NCBI GenBank assembly: GCA_964612065.1
Contig: CAZTCD010000006.1
Location: 172 to 64,171 of the forward strand
Source: an uncultured Bdellovibrionales bacterium
GTDB taxonomy: Bacteria > Bdellovibrionota > UBA1018 > CAIPTA01
Length of the DNA: 64,000 bases
Direction of reading: 5' to 3'
Shown here: piece after piece, positions 56,494-64,000 of the stretch
How positions within the stretch are numbered: position 1 is the first letter of the stretch
Layout of the letters: each line of letters begins with the position of its first letter
The notes under the pieces: model-generated
Databases searched by the model: none
Seen by the model: only the letters and a program-made list of their open reading frames with translations
What the model was told of the DNA's origin: nothing
Program-made: the position numbers and the translations under genes

Positions 56494-57270
56494 ATGAGTT
56501 TTTCTTCGTGCATGAAAATTTTTCCGGTGCTTGCGCTTCTCGCGAGCGGCGTGGCACAGGCCAAGCCCTACGAGGTGAGCACTCTGCTGGGCAGCGCGAA
56601 TATGGATCTGCCTTGGGTAAGAGAGGCCGTAAAACACGAGGTGGCGCTCACCCCGGTTCGCAATTGGACCGATCTCACTACGGGAGTGGTCTATTTCGCC
56701 AGCCGAAACGGCACGGAGGCGATGCAAACCATTCAGGTGGTGCAGGATGGGGGCAACGCCCTATTGAAAGACGTATTTGATGCGATCGATATCGCGGCCC
56801 GCGACTCCTCGATCGTGGTGGCCCCTCTGGCCGGAGATTCCCAGGAAAAAATGTGCGAAAAGATGTCGGAAAAAACCGACACCGCATTCCTGGTTTCGCT
56901 GGGAGAGCAGGGTTATACGCTGAGCCCTCTCTACACGCGCTGTGCTTCCCGGAACATCCTTTTCGTTACGGTACTCAACCCCGAGCTCAACGGCCTGGCT
57001 GAGTTCGCCACCTATGGGCCTCTGGTTCGCCTTGCCACCCCGGGGCGTGAGCTGGCCGCTCCGGTGGACAGAGACGGGCGCAGGGTTTCTTTTCTTTCCG
57101 ATATTTTCGGTATGTCGGTGGCGGCCGGGCAGCTTTCTGCCTATCTGCGCGAGCATCCGAACCTGAGCGGAGCCGCTCTCATTCACGGATTTCTTCAGGA
57201 GCAGCCGGTGCTGGAAGCCTTGAGAGGCAAGATTCCCGGCGCGCGGGCCATCCGGGCCTACGAGAAATAG
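56494..57270 (+). CDS. hypothetical secreted protein
   Basis: Signal peptide. There is weak GMSVAAGQL similarity to the S8 Ser box, but no Asp or His boxes. Confidence 0.3.
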   Translation: MSFSSCMKIFPVLALLASGVAQAKPYEVSTLLGSANMDLPWVREAVKHEVALTPVRNWTDLTTGVVYFASRNGTEAMQTIQVVQDGGNALLKDVFDAIDIAARDSSIVVAPLAGDSQEKMCEKMSEKTDTAFLVSLGEQGYTLSPLYTRCASRNILFVTVLNPELNGLAEFATYGPLVRLATPGRELAAPVDRDGRRVSFLSDIFGMSVAAGQLSAYLREHPNLSGAALIHGFLQEQPVLEALRGKIPGARAIRAYEK

Positions 57271-57285
57271 TAGCCAGCGGCTTTG

Positions 57286-57332
57286 AAAAAAAATCCCCTA
57301 CCCATACAAAGGGCAGGGGACTTTTGCTTTTT
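57286..57332. terminator. bidirectional rho-independent terminator
   Basis: aaaaaaaaTCCCCTACCCatacaaaGGGCAGGGGActtttgcttttt, a roughly 10-bp stem flanked by an A-run and T-run between convergent genes. Confidence 0.55.
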
Positions 57333-57337
57333 GGGCT

Positions 57338-58384
57338 CTAGATCGATTTGGTGTCGATCACGAATCGATAGCGCACATCGCTTTTCAGCACCCTCTCATA
57401 GGCCTCGTTTACCTGGCCCGCCTGGATGAGCTCGATCTCGGGCGTGATATCATGCTTCGCGCAGAAATCGAGCATCTCCTGGGTTTCCTTGATCGAGCCG
57501 ATCAAGGAGCCGGCGAAATTCCTTCTCTTCATGATGAGGGGGAAGGGGTGGAGGGAGTAGGGCTTGTCGGGCGCGCCCACCGATACGAGGGTGGCGTCGA
57601 GCTTCAGGAGCCCGAAGTAGGAGGCCAGATCGAGATCCGCCGAGGAAACCGTATTGATAATGAGATCAAAGGTGCCGGCGTATTTTGTGAAAACGCTCTT
57701 ATCGTGCGTGCTCACGAAGTGATGAGCGCCCATTTTCAGCGCGTCTTCCCGCTTCTTCTCTGAATGGCTCAGTACGGTGACTTCTGCGCCCATCGCCTGC
57801 GCGATCTTCACTCCCATATGGCCCAGGCCGCCGAGGCCCATGATGGCCACTTTTTTTCCCGGCCCGGCTTTCCAGTGGCTCAAGGGGGAATAGAGGGTGA
57901 TGCCCGCGCACAATAGAGGGGCGGCTTTATCGAGGGGAAGAGAGGCCGGGATCTTCAGCACATAGTTTTCGTCCACCACGATCACGTTGGAGTAACCTCC
58001 CTGCGTGGGGGTGGCGCCGTCTTTCTCGAAGCCACCATAGGTGGGGTTCATTCCTTTCAGGCAGTAGTTGTCGAGATCGTTCTTGCAGTGCTCGCACTCT
58101 CGGCAGGAGTCCACGAAACAACCTACGCCCACATGATCGCCTGCTTTGTATTTTGTAACTTTGGGGCCCACGGCGCGAACCGTGCCGGCGATCTCGTGGC
58201 CTGGCACCAGGGGATAGTTGGCCTGCCCCCATTCGCTGCGCACGGTATGGATGTCGGAATGGCAGATGCCGCAGAAGTGGATGTCGATCACCACATCGTG
58301 GTCTTTGGGGGCGCGCCTTTCGAACTGGTAAGGGGCGAGCGGCTCTTTCGCGGAGAAGGCGGCGATGCCTTTGGCTTTCATCAT
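57338..58384 (-). CDS. Zn-dependent NADP alcohol dehydrogenase (YahK/cinnamyl-ADH-like)
   Basis: GHEIAGTV zinc motif, CGICHSD, and a GLGGLGHMG Rossmann fold. Confidence 0.85.
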   Translation of the reverse strand: MMKAKGIAAFSAKEPLAPYQFERRAPKDHDVVIDIHFCGICHSDIHTVRSEWGQANYPLVPGHEIAGTVRAVGPKVTKYKAGDHVGVGCFVDSCRECEHCKNDLDNYCLKGMNPTYGGFEKDGATPTQGGYSNVIVVDENYVLKIPASLPLDKAAPLLCAGITLYSPLSHWKAGPGKKVAIMGLGGLGHMGVKIAQAMGAEVTVLSHSEKKREDALKMGAHHFVSTHDKSVFTKYAGTFDLIINTVSSADLDLASYFGLLKLDATLVSVGAPDKPYSLHPFPLIMKRRNFAGSLIGSIKETQEMLDFCAKHDITPEIELIQAGQVNEAYERVLKSDVRYRFVIDTKSI

Positions 58385-58485
58385 GATGGGGCTCCTGTTG
58401 AGGGTAGGGCAACAACGTAACTCGAAAATTCCTGCTGGTGAACTATTGCCGGGCTCTGCCGGCCGGACAAGATTATTCTATCTGC

Positions 58486-59337
58486 ATGAATGATCAAAAT
58501 TCCAAGCCCAAGGGCGAGCCAAAGGAAGGTTCCGATGCGGGTGAATCCCTGGAGGTGGAGCTTCCAGAGGTTCGGGAAGCAGCCCAGGAAGCGGAAGGCG
58601 GCTCCCGATCTTCCATAGTTCAGGATCGCAAGGAAGCGTTTAAGAGAGATATTCAGGCGTTGGAAACCCATCGCAGAGAGTTCTCTGAAGCATCGAAGAG
58701 CGACCGCGAATCCACCCGTCTCTCACTTCCTCAGCTGTTGTGGAAGCTATTCCTGGCTCTGGGGGCCCTGAGTTTTGCGTATTTTCTTTCTCAAGCTGTG
58801 CTGGACCCTATCAGCTTCCGGGAGGGGGCTGGAATCCTCGTGAGGCTCGCCTTCCAGTTGGCATTGAGTGCTTCGGTGGCCGGCATTCTGTATCGCGTGC
58901 ATCAGGCGTCTGCACCTCAGGCGCAGCGAAATCTCGAGCGGGCCATCATTGCATTGGGTCTGCTCCTTTCGCTTTTGGCGTTGCTCTTTGTATTTGGCCT
59001 CTTTGACTACAGATCCCGCAAAGTTTGGGGCACGGGGCCCTTTCTTCTTTCCTTGGGAGCACAGATTGTCGGTTTGGTGCTGCTGGTTAAACTGAGGATT
59101 TGGCTGCGAGCGCAGATCGATTTTGCCGATTTGCTTCCCCGTTGGATAAGGCCGGTGATGTACCTTACTGAGGGGGTGATCCTTTACCTCTTGCTGGGTA
59201 TGCTGGCCCAAAGTGTGTTCCATATTCAGGTGCCTGCCCTGGTGTTTGGGCTCTTTCGGAATCCACCAGCTCTCTTTCTCTTCCTGGTGCCTTTTGGCGG
59301 CTATTTTTTTCTGAGAAAAATGGTGGGGGAGATCTGA
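58486..59337 (+). CDS. hypothetical membrane protein
   Basis: Acidic N-terminal region followed by about 5 TM helices. Confidence 0.3.
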   Translation: MNDQNSKPKGEPKEGSDAGESLEVELPEVREAAQEAEGGSRSSIVQDRKEAFKRDIQALETHRREFSEASKSDRESTRLSLPQLLWKLFLALGALSFAYFLSQAVLDPISFREGAGILVRLAFQLALSASVAGILYRVHQASAPQAQRNLERAIIALGLLLSLLALLFVFGLFDYRSRKVWGTGPFLLSLGAQIVGLVLLVKLRIWLRAQIDFADLLPRWIRPVMYLTEGVILYLLLGMLAQSVFHIQVPALVFGLFRNPPALFLFLVPFGGYFFLRKMVGEI

Positions 59338-59391
59338 AGAGGTGATTCTCGCTAAATTGACACGCGGTGGCCAGGGAGGGATCATACGAGG

Positions 59392-60558
59392 ATGGCCTAC
59401 AAATGCACCCGGCGGGATTTCCACAAGTGGCTTGGTCTCCTGGCCCTTGAGTTGGCTCTACTGCCCGGCTGCACCAGGCTTCGAAAAGTCACCGGCTTGG
59501 AAGAGGGAAAAGATTTTCGGCTACTGCTGGCTTCGCCCGATGGGAATGTAGGTATCTTCGAAAGCAAAAAGCAAAGCATTTCCACCATCTCTTTGGGCTG
59601 GGCGGGTGCGCATGGTTTTTTATCCTTGGATCGGGGCGCTAGGGCGCTGGTAGTGGGTAAGCATGTGCCTCACCTCGCGGATCTGGAAGTAAAAACCGAT
59701 ACTCCCGTGATCCGCCGAACAGTGAGTCCGTATAAGCCGGGAATGAACTTTTATGGCCATGCAGCCTTTAGCCACCGATATGGCGCTGTGGTCACCTCTG
59801 AAGCGGCCGGTGGCGTGGAGGGGATGCTGGTGATTCGTGATCCCGCAACATTGAAACCGTTGCGGTCGATTTCCTCGCATGGGCGTGACCCGCACGATCT
59901 TGCCATCTTCGATTCCCTGGGGCTGATCATGGTGTGCAACGGTAGGTCGATGGAGAACGGTGTTTCCAATATCGCGATTGTAGAGCTGGAATCGGGCAAG
60001 CTTTTGCATTCGATCGAAGCGGAAGATAAATACGCTTTGTTTGGTCATTTTTCTCCGGCCGGCCCGGCGCAGCTCGTGGCGAGCACCCAAAAGAAGAAAA
60101 TCACCCATCAGAGAAAATTGGAAAGACTCAGAAAGAAAGCAAGGAAAACCAAGGATTATGAGAGGCTCGTCCGATTGCATATGGAAATGGACAAGCTTCA
60201 GAGGCCGGAACCCTCGTTTACGTATGTGGCGGGCGTGGACGGATCTTTGAGTCGTTTGAACGTTGGCGATCATTTTCGCGATTCTATTTCCGGTTTCAGC
60301 GTGTGTACGGAGGGCGGGGTGGCTGCAGTTACGCATGGTCCCACCCAGGGAGTTGCGTTCTATCGTATCTCGGACCAAACCCTGATTTCGTTCAGTAAGA
60401 TCCCTGAAGGCTCTCCCTTGGCGATTTCCGGATTGCCGAACGGAGATTTTCTCTGTGGCACCGGTACAGGTGAGATATGGCGGTTTCCGGCCCCGGCCTT
60501 TGCCTCTCCGGTGCTGGTGGCGCAGGGAATCTCGAGCGAGCATTCGCTTCTTCTTTAG
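59392..60558 (+). CDS. Tat-signal protein, DUF1513-like beta-propeller
   Basis: TRRDFHKWLGLLALELAL is a twin-arginine signal. Length and composition fit DUF1513. Confidence 0.4.
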   Translation: MAYKCTRRDFHKWLGLLALELALLPGCTRLRKVTGLEEGKDFRLLLASPDGNVGIFESKKQSISTISLGWAGAHGFLSLDRGARALVVGKHVPHLADLEVKTDTPVIRRTVSPYKPGMNFYGHAAFSHRYGAVVTSEAAGGVEGMLVIRDPATLKPLRSISSHGRDPHDLAIFDSLGLIMVCNGRSMENGVSNIAIVELESGKLLHSIEAEDKYALFGHFSPAGPAQLVASTQKKKITHQRKLERLRKKARKTKDYERLVRLHMEMDKLQRPEPSFTYVAGVDGSLSRLNVGDHFRDSISGFSVCTEGGVAAVTHGPTQGVAFYRISDQTLISFSKIPEGSPLAISGLPNGDFLCGTGTGEIWRFPAPAFASPVLVAQGISSEHSLLL

Positions 60559-60760
60559 AGATTGCGCTGCGCATTATGTTTTGTCGTCGATAAAACGGTG
60601 TCGTTTTGATTCCGGAACGCAGTGCGAGTGACACCATTTTCTCCGTTCTCCAGGCTTCTACTCTCGAAATTAGGCCAGCAGAGTTGGAACGCTGTTTGCG
60701 TTGGCAGCAGGGCGCGCTTCGTTATCGTTCGTGTTCATCAAATTTTTTTCGGAGGAAGAA

Positions 60761-61408
60761 ATGAAACTCTTGGTTCTGTTCGCTGCCCTGGCCACCACTG
60801 CATCCGCTACCGCTTATGCGAGAGACGTAAACCTGCCAAGCAGGGTTTCGAGAGTATGCGTGGGGAAAACTCAAAACATTCTGCAGAACCGGGTGCAGGT
60901 GAAGCGTTGGTTCGTGAACGGCCGCACCAGCAATCTCAGCACTTTCTATTATCCCGGGCGCTTTGCGAGCTTGAAGCTGGATGTGGACGAAGCCAATGTG
61001 GTGGCGAGCTGCAAAAAGCCGGGCCGTGAGAACTTTCAGTTCCAGTTCCGCCTGAACTACGCGGATCCCAATACCTACAGAGTGATGGTGAGGCTCGATT
61101 GCGTGCCCTGCGCGAAGGCGGGTGCGAAAGAGGCCCGAAAAAAGATCGCTGCCGCACGGCAGCTGGTGAGGGTGGAGCGCCCGGATCCGAGACGGAATCA
61201 GATGGCGATGAAGCAGTTGCAGCTGGCGCATGCGGAGCTTTCCTCTCTGCTCGAGAGTGAAGATCTCTCCCCTCGCAGCCGGGCGGAGCTCAGAAAGCTT
61301 ATGGGGTATTTCGGCCAGCTGATGCAGCTGGTGCGAGAAGGCGCCGGAAGCTCCGGCCAGGCCCAGGAAATCTTCCAGATCCTTGAGAGAGGCCTGGCTC
61401 AGCTTTAA
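60761..61408 (+). CDS. hypothetical secreted protein
   Basis: Signal peptide MKLLVLFAALATTASATA. Confidence 0.3.
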   Translation: MKLLVLFAALATTASATAYARDVNLPSRVSRVCVGKTQNILQNRVQVKRWFVNGRTSNLSTFYYPGRFASLKLDVDEANVVASCKKPGRENFQFQFRLNYADPNTYRVMVRLDCVPCAKAGAKEARKKIAAARQLVRVERPDPRRNQMAMKQLQLAHAELSSLLESEDLSPRSRAELRKLMGYFGQLMQLVREGAGSSGQAQEIFQILERGLAQL

Positions 61409-61740
61409 CGAATTCCGCCGGAGATTCACCCATGACGAAGGCAATCAGCCCCCTGATCCTTGCCCTTGGCCTGCTGGCCGGCTGAAGCTGCGTGCGCTTT
61501 CCGTTTTTTTTCGCGGCGGCGAAAGCATTCATCGTGGGCCCGTAGAAATCGCGGAACAGGTACAGCTGCCTTTGAGCACGAAAGGGAACTGTTGACGAAT
61601 GGTGGGCTTATCCCAGGGCAGGGTGCGGGCGGGCCATTCTGGGCTGCTGTGAAAGGTTCCAGAGTAAAGGTGAGTTTAAGAGATCAGTTCAGCGGGGAAA
61701 ATCAACCGCGGGGCGGAACCCGCTGGCTGAGGCTCATCCG

Positions 61741-63597
61741 CTACATCGAGGAAGAGCCGAGGCCCTGCTGTATTCCCTGTGCCGAGGTAAAGGAGCGGAT
61801 CCTTGTGAGGCGATCCTTTCTCACCGCAGGTGTATTTCGCCCGTCGGCTGTTTCCCATAACGAGCCGGTATGAGGCACATGGGTGGCCAAAGCGTAGCGG
61901 GCCGGATTGTCGCCCACGGGAATACCGTGAAAGATGTTCATTTCGTTGATCCCCACCTGCCATACGTAGGGGAGGTTCTCCCGGAGGAACTCGAGGGTCT
62001 GCTGGAAATCTTCCTCTTCCTCACCGGGGAAGCCCACGATCACGTTCAGGTTCACTTTGATCCCGGCCTCATGGGTGTTTCGAATCACTTCGCGGGCGAT
62101 ATCCACGGTGGTCCGCTTTTCCATCCGGTCCACCACTTTTTGCGATCCCGATTCGAACCCGTAAGAGAGGTACTGGCAGCCCGAGCGGGCCATTCTCTCG
62201 AGGAGCTCCTGGGTCATCCGTTTGTCTACGCGGGCTTGGCCCCGCCAGGTGAGCTTTCGGCCGGAGGCCAGGATCAGGTTCGTGAGCTCGGAGAGCACGT
62301 CGAAGTTGCCGTTCACCAGGGAGTCGTTGAAGCAGATGTGCTCCACGCCGAAGGTGTCGATGAGTTTGAGGATCTGGCGGAAAGCGCGATCGGCAGGGCC
62401 CGAGCGGAACTTCTGCCAGAATCGCGATTCGGAGCAGAACGCGCATCTCGCCACGCAGCCTCGGGAGAGCATCACGGGGAGCGTTTTGGGTTCTTTGTAG
62501 AGGCTGAGATCGAAGTCGCTGAAATCGGGGTCTGGAACCGCCTGGAATGGAAGAGAGGCTCTCGGAGCTTCCGTCACCAGAGTGCTGTCGTGGCGTTTAT
62601 GTACCGTTCCGGCGCAGCCATCGGGCCCGTAGCCATGATTCCAGCGTTTCAGGAGCTCAAGGAGGGTGCCTTCTCCTTCCCCGATGGCCACCACGTTGAT
62701 TTCCGATTCCGGAAGGCGTTCAAGAATGTAAGGGAGGTTTGAGGCTGCCATCTCGGGGCCGCCGCATACGATCTTCAGATTCGGCAGGCGGGCGCGGCAG
62801 GCACGGGCCACGGCATTCAGGCAGGGCAGGGAGGTGTAGAAGGCGGTGAAGCCGAGCACGGCCGGCTGTGCGGAGCAGATCTGGTTGGCGAGGTTCTCTA
62901 TGGCTTCGCGGAGCTGGGGCAGGATTTCGGCCTCGAAGAGCTCCGCCTCGCGAAAGTAGCGGGCATTGGTGTGCGACCATATATCCTCGCCCCCGATGCG
63001 AAGATTGCGCAGCACGTGCCAGGCGGCGATATTGAAATCGTGCACGGAGGCTTCGATGCCTTCGGCCCGGAGCGCTGCTGCCAGATAGGAAATTCCCATG
63101 GGCGGGAAGCTCGGGTCCCAGGCCGGAAGCGCCACGAGGGCCGTGCGCACCTGGGTGCGAGCCTCCGGCGTGAACTCGCCCGGAGATTCGAGGGGCACGG
63201 CATTCAGCTTCTCGATGGAAAAGGAAAGCTGCGGATCCGCGGGATGAGGGAGCACGCCCTCTTTTCGGTTAAAGCGGAATTCGAGGGTGCGGAGCTCTTC
63301 GGTGCCGGACTCGGGTAGCTCGAAGTATCCTTCGAGGCGGCGGTTGGCTTCCGTGGCCTCGAGCAACAGGCAGGTTTTTTCTCCCTGGCGCAACTCCACG
63401 GTGGTGCCAGCCACGGGAACGAAGAGGCGGTAATAGATTCGAAGGCGGCGGGATGGATTCCGGAAAGAAATCTGCTGCCGTTCTCCGAGCGCCCAACGCC
63501 ACGCCCGCCCACTTTCGCCCTCGATCGGGCGAAAGCCTGCGGTGGTGATTGAGGGATTCTCGTGAAGCGCCAGCTCCCATTCTGCTGCCATGGCCAA
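61741..63597 (-). CDS. B12-binding (class B) radical SAM protein with about 150-aa N-terminal extension
   Basis: FPPMGISYLAAALRAEG is the B12-binding domain. MLSRGCVARCAFC is CxxxCxxC, the radical-SAM 4Fe-4S site. Confidence 0.75.
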   Translation of the reverse strand: MAMAAEWELALHENPSITTAGFRPIEGESGRAWRWALGERQQISFRNPSRRLRIYYRLFVPVAGTTVELRQGEKTCLLLEATEANRRLEGYFELPESGTEELRTLEFRFNRKEGVLPHPADPQLSFSIEKLNAVPLESPGEFTPEARTQVRTALVALPAWDPSFPPMGISYLAAALRAEGIEASVHDFNIAAWHVLRNLRIGGEDIWSHTNARYFREAELFEAEILPQLREAIENLANQICSAQPAVLGFTAFYTSLPCLNAVARACRARLPNLKIVCGGPEMAASNLPYILERLPESEINVVAIGEGEGTLLELLKRWNHGYGPDGCAGTVHKRHDSTLVTEAPRASLPFQAVPDPDFSDFDLSLYKEPKTLPVMLSRGCVARCAFCSESRFWQKFRSGPADRAFRQILKLIDTFGVEHICFNDSLVNGNFDVLSELTNLILASGRKLTWRGQARVDKRMTQELLERMARSGCQYLSYGFESGSQKVVDRMEKRTTVDIAREVIRNTHEAGIKVNLNVIVGFPGEEEEDFQQTLEFLRENLPYVWQVGINEMNIFHGIPVGDNPARYALATHVPHTGSLWETADGRNTPAVRKDRLTRIRSFTSAQGIQQGLGSSSM

Positions 63598-63784
63598 AAC
63601 GATAGCCCGGAAGCTCGGCTGGCCACAGGGAATTTCATTTGACTGGGGGTGGTGCGGCGCGTCCGTCGGTGCGTGGTGGAAACAAATTTAATTTATTGGT
63701 GGAGGAGGGGGCATTTCTTGGCCTCCCCCAAAACGTTTAAAGCCTGCCCCGCCCTGTGGTTGTAGGGGGCCTCCTTTATGCTCA

Positions 63785-63952
63785 AATCGCCCAAAAGCCC
63801 CGGATTTGCTTAAAAATGGCCAAAAAACCCATATTTATCTAAAAAAATGCTAAAAACTCCAGAATTTATTTAAAAATAGCCAAAAATCACACTATATTTA
63901 ATTTAATGGCCAAAAAACCCAGAAATAGATCAAGGAAATTGCCAGAAAGCCC
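63785..63952. repeat. AT-rich array of six degenerate direct repeats phased at about 30 bp (consensus aAAtgGCCaAAAAaCCC)
   Basis: Copies start at about 63785, 63814, 63843, 63873, 63903 and 63936, and each has two A-tracts around a G/C core. It lies 190-355 bp upstream of the radical SAM start in an otherwise roughly 60% GC context. Confidence 0.6.
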
Positions 63953-64000
63953 AGAGCCGCTTCCTCCGCTTCTTTTTCCTCCAGAAGACAGAAGTCAGGA

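Noticed and set aside
59620-60543. 307-aa minus ORF opposite the DUF1513 gene
   Set aside because: It is antisense to the Tat-signal protein gene and has no motifs.
61432-61485. 17-codon ORF MTKAISPLILALGLLAG downstream of the radical SAM gene as a RiPP precursor
   Set aside because: It sits on the opposite strand to the radical SAM gene and looks like a truncated signal peptide. There is no RBS and no core-peptide-like sequence, so the evidence is insufficient.
63640-64000. Possible replication origin (AT-rich, iteron-like repeats)
   Set aside because: No DnaA-box consensus (TTATCCACA) was seen, and there are no flanking dnaA, dnaN or rep genes in the window. It is kept as a regulatory repeat array instead.
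1-64000. tRNA, rRNA and CRISPR arrays
   Set aside because: Intergenic regions were scanned by eye for T-loop GGTTCGANTCC motifs and regular repeat-spacer structure. None was found, but a tRNAscan/Infernal run is needed to be certain.

Overview
This is a roughly 60% GC bacterial chromosomal segment that is densely coding on both strands. No rRNA, tRNA or CRISPR array was recognised by eye. Gene content points to a Gram-negative organism with a large secretome: many signal-peptide and lipoprotein ORFs, a papain-like C1 peptidase, a HEXXH zincin, a peptidyl-arginine-deiminase (PAD)/agmatine-deiminase-like enzyme, a DUF481 outer-membrane protein and a Tat-secreted DUF1513 protein. Recognisable housekeeping and accessory genes are yebC (partial), murF, lgt, mscL, an ABC-F ATPase, selU-selD, cbpA-cbpM, MoxR-DUF58-TgpA, AidB-like acyl-CoA dehydrogenase, YahK-like ADH, two histidine kinases and a CPA antiporter. 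The most interesting block is a tightly packed plus-strand operon at 25749..31040. It encodes CoA-acylating (methyl)malonate-semialdehyde dehydrogenase, a GTP-cyclohydrolase-II-like protein that is N-terminally extended and not RibA/RibBA, a DUF1688-like protein, uracil phosphoribosyltransferase and uridine kinase. This matches the fungal URC uracil-catabolism pathway (URC1/URC4/URC6/URK1), with MmsA supplying the malonate-semialdehyde disposal step. The pathway is essentially uncharacterised in bacteria. A family-5-like uracil-DNA glycosylase is transcribed divergently from the same 40-bp intergenic region. The other main findings are listed here. (1) An intact IS1595-like insertion sequence (21226..22501) with 21-bp terminal inverted repeats and an 8-bp TAAGCTTT target duplication, landed exactly on the lgt stop codon. 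(2) A 162-bp MITE-like derivative carrying the same inverted repeats at 3229..3390. (3) A 28-bp tandem repeat that reiterates the stop-codon end of a glycine-rich RRM RNA-binding protein gene. (4) An AT-rich array of six 30-bp-phased direct repeats (consensus aAAtgGCCaAAAAaCCC) upstream of an orphan B12-binding radical SAM gene. (5) A pair of paralogous secreted proteins sharing an EFEKKTG motif and a conserved C-terminal TIFxxVxKRYRxLTP tail. (6) A compact bacterial SET-domain protein with lysine-rich tails. Coordinates derived by hand may be off by a base or so.
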